The notes beneath the pieces are model-generated. The model ran no database searches, was not told where the DNA came from, and saw nothing but the letters and a program-made list of their open reading frames with translations. The translations under genes and the position numbers were made by a program. A stretch of 63,961 bases of DNA, filler included, from Octopus bimaculoides (Eukaryota), in NCBI RefSeq assembly GCF_001194135.2. It is 8 parts of 8 records of this genome, joined end to end, with 100 filler letters (N's around TTAATTAATTAA, not from the genome) between each part and the next. Parts side by side here need not be neighbours in the genome. Positions count along the whole stretch, not along the records: positions 60,865 to 63,961 come from NC_068983.1; 7 more parts are not named here. The stretch is one strand, 5' to 3'. The stretch's first letter is position 1, and each line of letters starts with the position of its first letter. Below, piece after piece: positions 61,814-63,961 of this stretch.

Positions 61814-62642
61814 TCGTTTTGTCATTTTATTGTATTGTTCTTAATCACCAACTTAACACTACACACTGAATCGTGACAAGGTATGGACGGTTTTCGGAGC
61901 ACCGAAGAAATTATGTGTAAATTGAGAATTATACGAGGTATAGTACNNNNNNNNNNNNNNNNNNNNNNNNNNNNNNNNNNNNNNNNNNNNNNNNNNNNNN
62001 NNNNNNNNNNNNNNNNNNNNNNNNNNNNNNNNNNNNNNNNNNNNNNNNNNNNNNNNNNNNNNNNNNNNNNNNNNNNNNNNNNNNNNNNNNNNNNNNNNNN
62101 NNNNNNNNNNNNNNNNNNNNNNNNNNNNNNNNNNNNNNNNNNNNNNNNNNNNNNNNNNNNNNNNNNNNNNNNNNNNNNNNNNNNNNNNNNNNNNNNNNNN
62201 NNNNNNNNNNNNNNNNNNNNNNNNNNNNNNNNNNNNNNNNNNNNNNNNNNNNNNNNNNNNNNNNNNNNNNNNNNNNNNNNNNNNNNNNNNNNNNNNNNNN
62301 NNNNNNNNNNNNNNNNNNNNNNNNNNNNNNNNNNNNNNNNNNNNNNNNNNNNNNNNNNNNNNNNNNNNNNNNNNNNNNNNNNNNNNNNNNNNNNNNNNNN
62401 NNNNNNNNNNNNNNNNNNNNNNNNNNNNNNNNNNNNNNNNNNNNNNNNNNNNNNNNNNNNNNNNNNNNNNNNNNNNNNNNNNNNNNNNNNNNNNNNNNNN
62501 NNNNNNNNNNNNNNNNNNNNNNNNNNNNNNNNNNNNNNNNNNNNNNNNNNNNNNNNNNNNNNNNNNNNNNNNNNNNNNNNNNNNNNNNNNNNNNNNNNNN
62601 NNNNNNNNNNNNNNNNNNNNNNNNNNNNNNNNNNNNNNNNNN

Positions 62643-62673
<31 letters not shown>

Positions 62674-62690
62674 ACATACATACATATGTA

Positions 62691-62723
<33 letters not shown>

Positions 62724-63105
62724 TTAGAGGGATAAATTTCCAGGCGGATACAGTTGTAGCTCTCAACGATGTTTCAGGTTATGGCTAACTGCATCGATTA
62801 GTATTGAACGTCTATGACTACTAGGAGTTGTCACTCACGCTGTAAATTTCCGCGTGTTCGCTTCAATAGATGGTAATATATTCTCTACCGTTATAATTAT
62901 TGAATATATATGTGTATATATATACTAAAGTTTCTATGTGCGATTCACCATTACGGTTGTTTGGAGTACTGCGATAGTGTGTAGTGTGTATGTGTATTCT
63001 TTGTTTCACATCTAATTCCCTAACTATTTCTCTTTAACAATGAATTTCTCTAGTTATATAATTGTTTATATAATTTGTTATTGGTTTCCTTTTCTTTTCA
63101 TTTAG

Positions 63106-63201
63106 TGCTTTTGGGGATTAGTCGAAGAGTTGACTCACTCAGAGGTAGTGAACGACATCAAGAAATACTCTGGTTCCAAAGAGTACAGACAATGGTGTAT
63201 G
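63106..63201 (+). CDS. Candidate coding exon of an unidentified host gene
   Basis: Acceptor TTTCCTTTTCTTTTCATTTAG and donor GTAAGT enclose 96 bp. Phase 0-0 reads CFWGLVEELTHSEVVNDIKKYSGSKEYRQWCM; a second frame is also open. An upstream ATG|GTAATA at 62870-62878 could supply the start. Confidence 0.6.
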
Positions 63202-63840
63202 GTAAGTCTTTAAGATTTAACAGTTTATTTTAAATTTATTAATGCAAAAAATGTTATAATGCCCCCAATAGCATAATATTCATTCATAATACGTACCCTC
63301 AGATTCGAACGTGAACATGTTCATCGTTTTTATATCTCGTCATTGAAGAACATCTACTTTCAGGCAAATGTGTGTTCTTAACACGCTTCATTAAAACATC
63401 TAGGTCAACATTAAGCATCTAGGTCAACAGGTTACAATACTGATACATTATTCAGACTAAAGAAACAACCCTGTTGACCTAGAGCTTAATGTTAAATTTC
63501 CCCAACATTATGATAGTAGTAAAAAGACCCCAACCTGAAATTATGTTGCCACTATGACCAGGGGAATCTTTATAACCATATCCATGTATAATGCTTACAC
63601 CTTCCCTTTCCCTATAAGTGAAAGATTGATTGCCTCCTTAAACTTTAAATCACTAGATAAGAAACAAATAAAATCAGAAACAGTTAGAATTCTACCTAGA
63701 ATTAATTACTAACATGCTACACTTGGCTATGTCAAGATGGTTTTTTTTATGTGTTCTTCTTTCCCACTTAGATTTTAAATGTTGTCACAACAGTAATATG
63801 TCCATTCTGCTGAAATTTTCAGTAAATTTTCTATATCCTT

Positions 63841-63961
63841 GTGCAGCTGAAGATTGCTCTGCATTTTGCATTTAATGTAATGCTCGCATTACTTAAATAA
63901 ATGGAGTAGCATGAAACGTGCGTACTGCAATAACCTTTAAAATCCGTGTTGCTTTTTTTGA
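63841..63961 (-). mobile_element. Diverged copy of the 135-bp TIR-like repeat of 51437/54039
   Basis: TGCAGCTGAAGATTGCTCTGCATT...CGTACTGCAATAACC aligns to 53908-54030. Confidence 0.7.

Noticed and set aside
136-62766. Most ORFs in the supplied track (YVCM, HTHT, LSLS, IYIY, poly-I/H/V and X-runs)
   Set aside because: They are translations of microsatellites and N gaps. Their length comes from the lack of stop codons in the repeat unit or in N.

Overview
Eukaryotic, AT-rich, gap-ridden draft-assembly DNA dominated by microsatellites and repeats. The repeat repertoire (tRNA-headed SINEs, RTE, CR1-like and R4/Dong-like LINE relics, Penelope fragments) points to a coleoid cephalopod, probably Octopus; this is inference, not a database result. 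The window is not one locus. Seven identical 100-nt spacers (44 N + TTAATTAATTAA + 44 N) join eight separate pieces: 1-18163, 18264-34942, 35043-40175, 40276-47486, 47587-51148, 51249-54156, 54257-60764 and 60865-63961. No complete protein-coding gene is visible, and nearly all supplied ORFs are microsatellite or N-run translations. Supported coding relics are three Tc1/mariner-superfamily transposase fragments (DD34D, DD37D, DD41D-like), several LINE fragments, Penelope GIY-YIG fragments and two Ty3/Gypsy pieces. The best second-look items are: minimal hammerhead-ribozyme-like motifs in two Penelope-type repeat families; an intact-looking -1 frameshift cassette (G GGA AAC, hairpin, possible pseudoknot) at a Gypsy gag-pro junction; a nested Penelope palindrome inside a 2.6-kb TIR-bounded unit; head-to-tail SINE stacks; SINE tail swapping; a few candidate host exons; and one GC-rich unassigned ORF. 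I found no convincing evidence of an entirely new multi-gene system.
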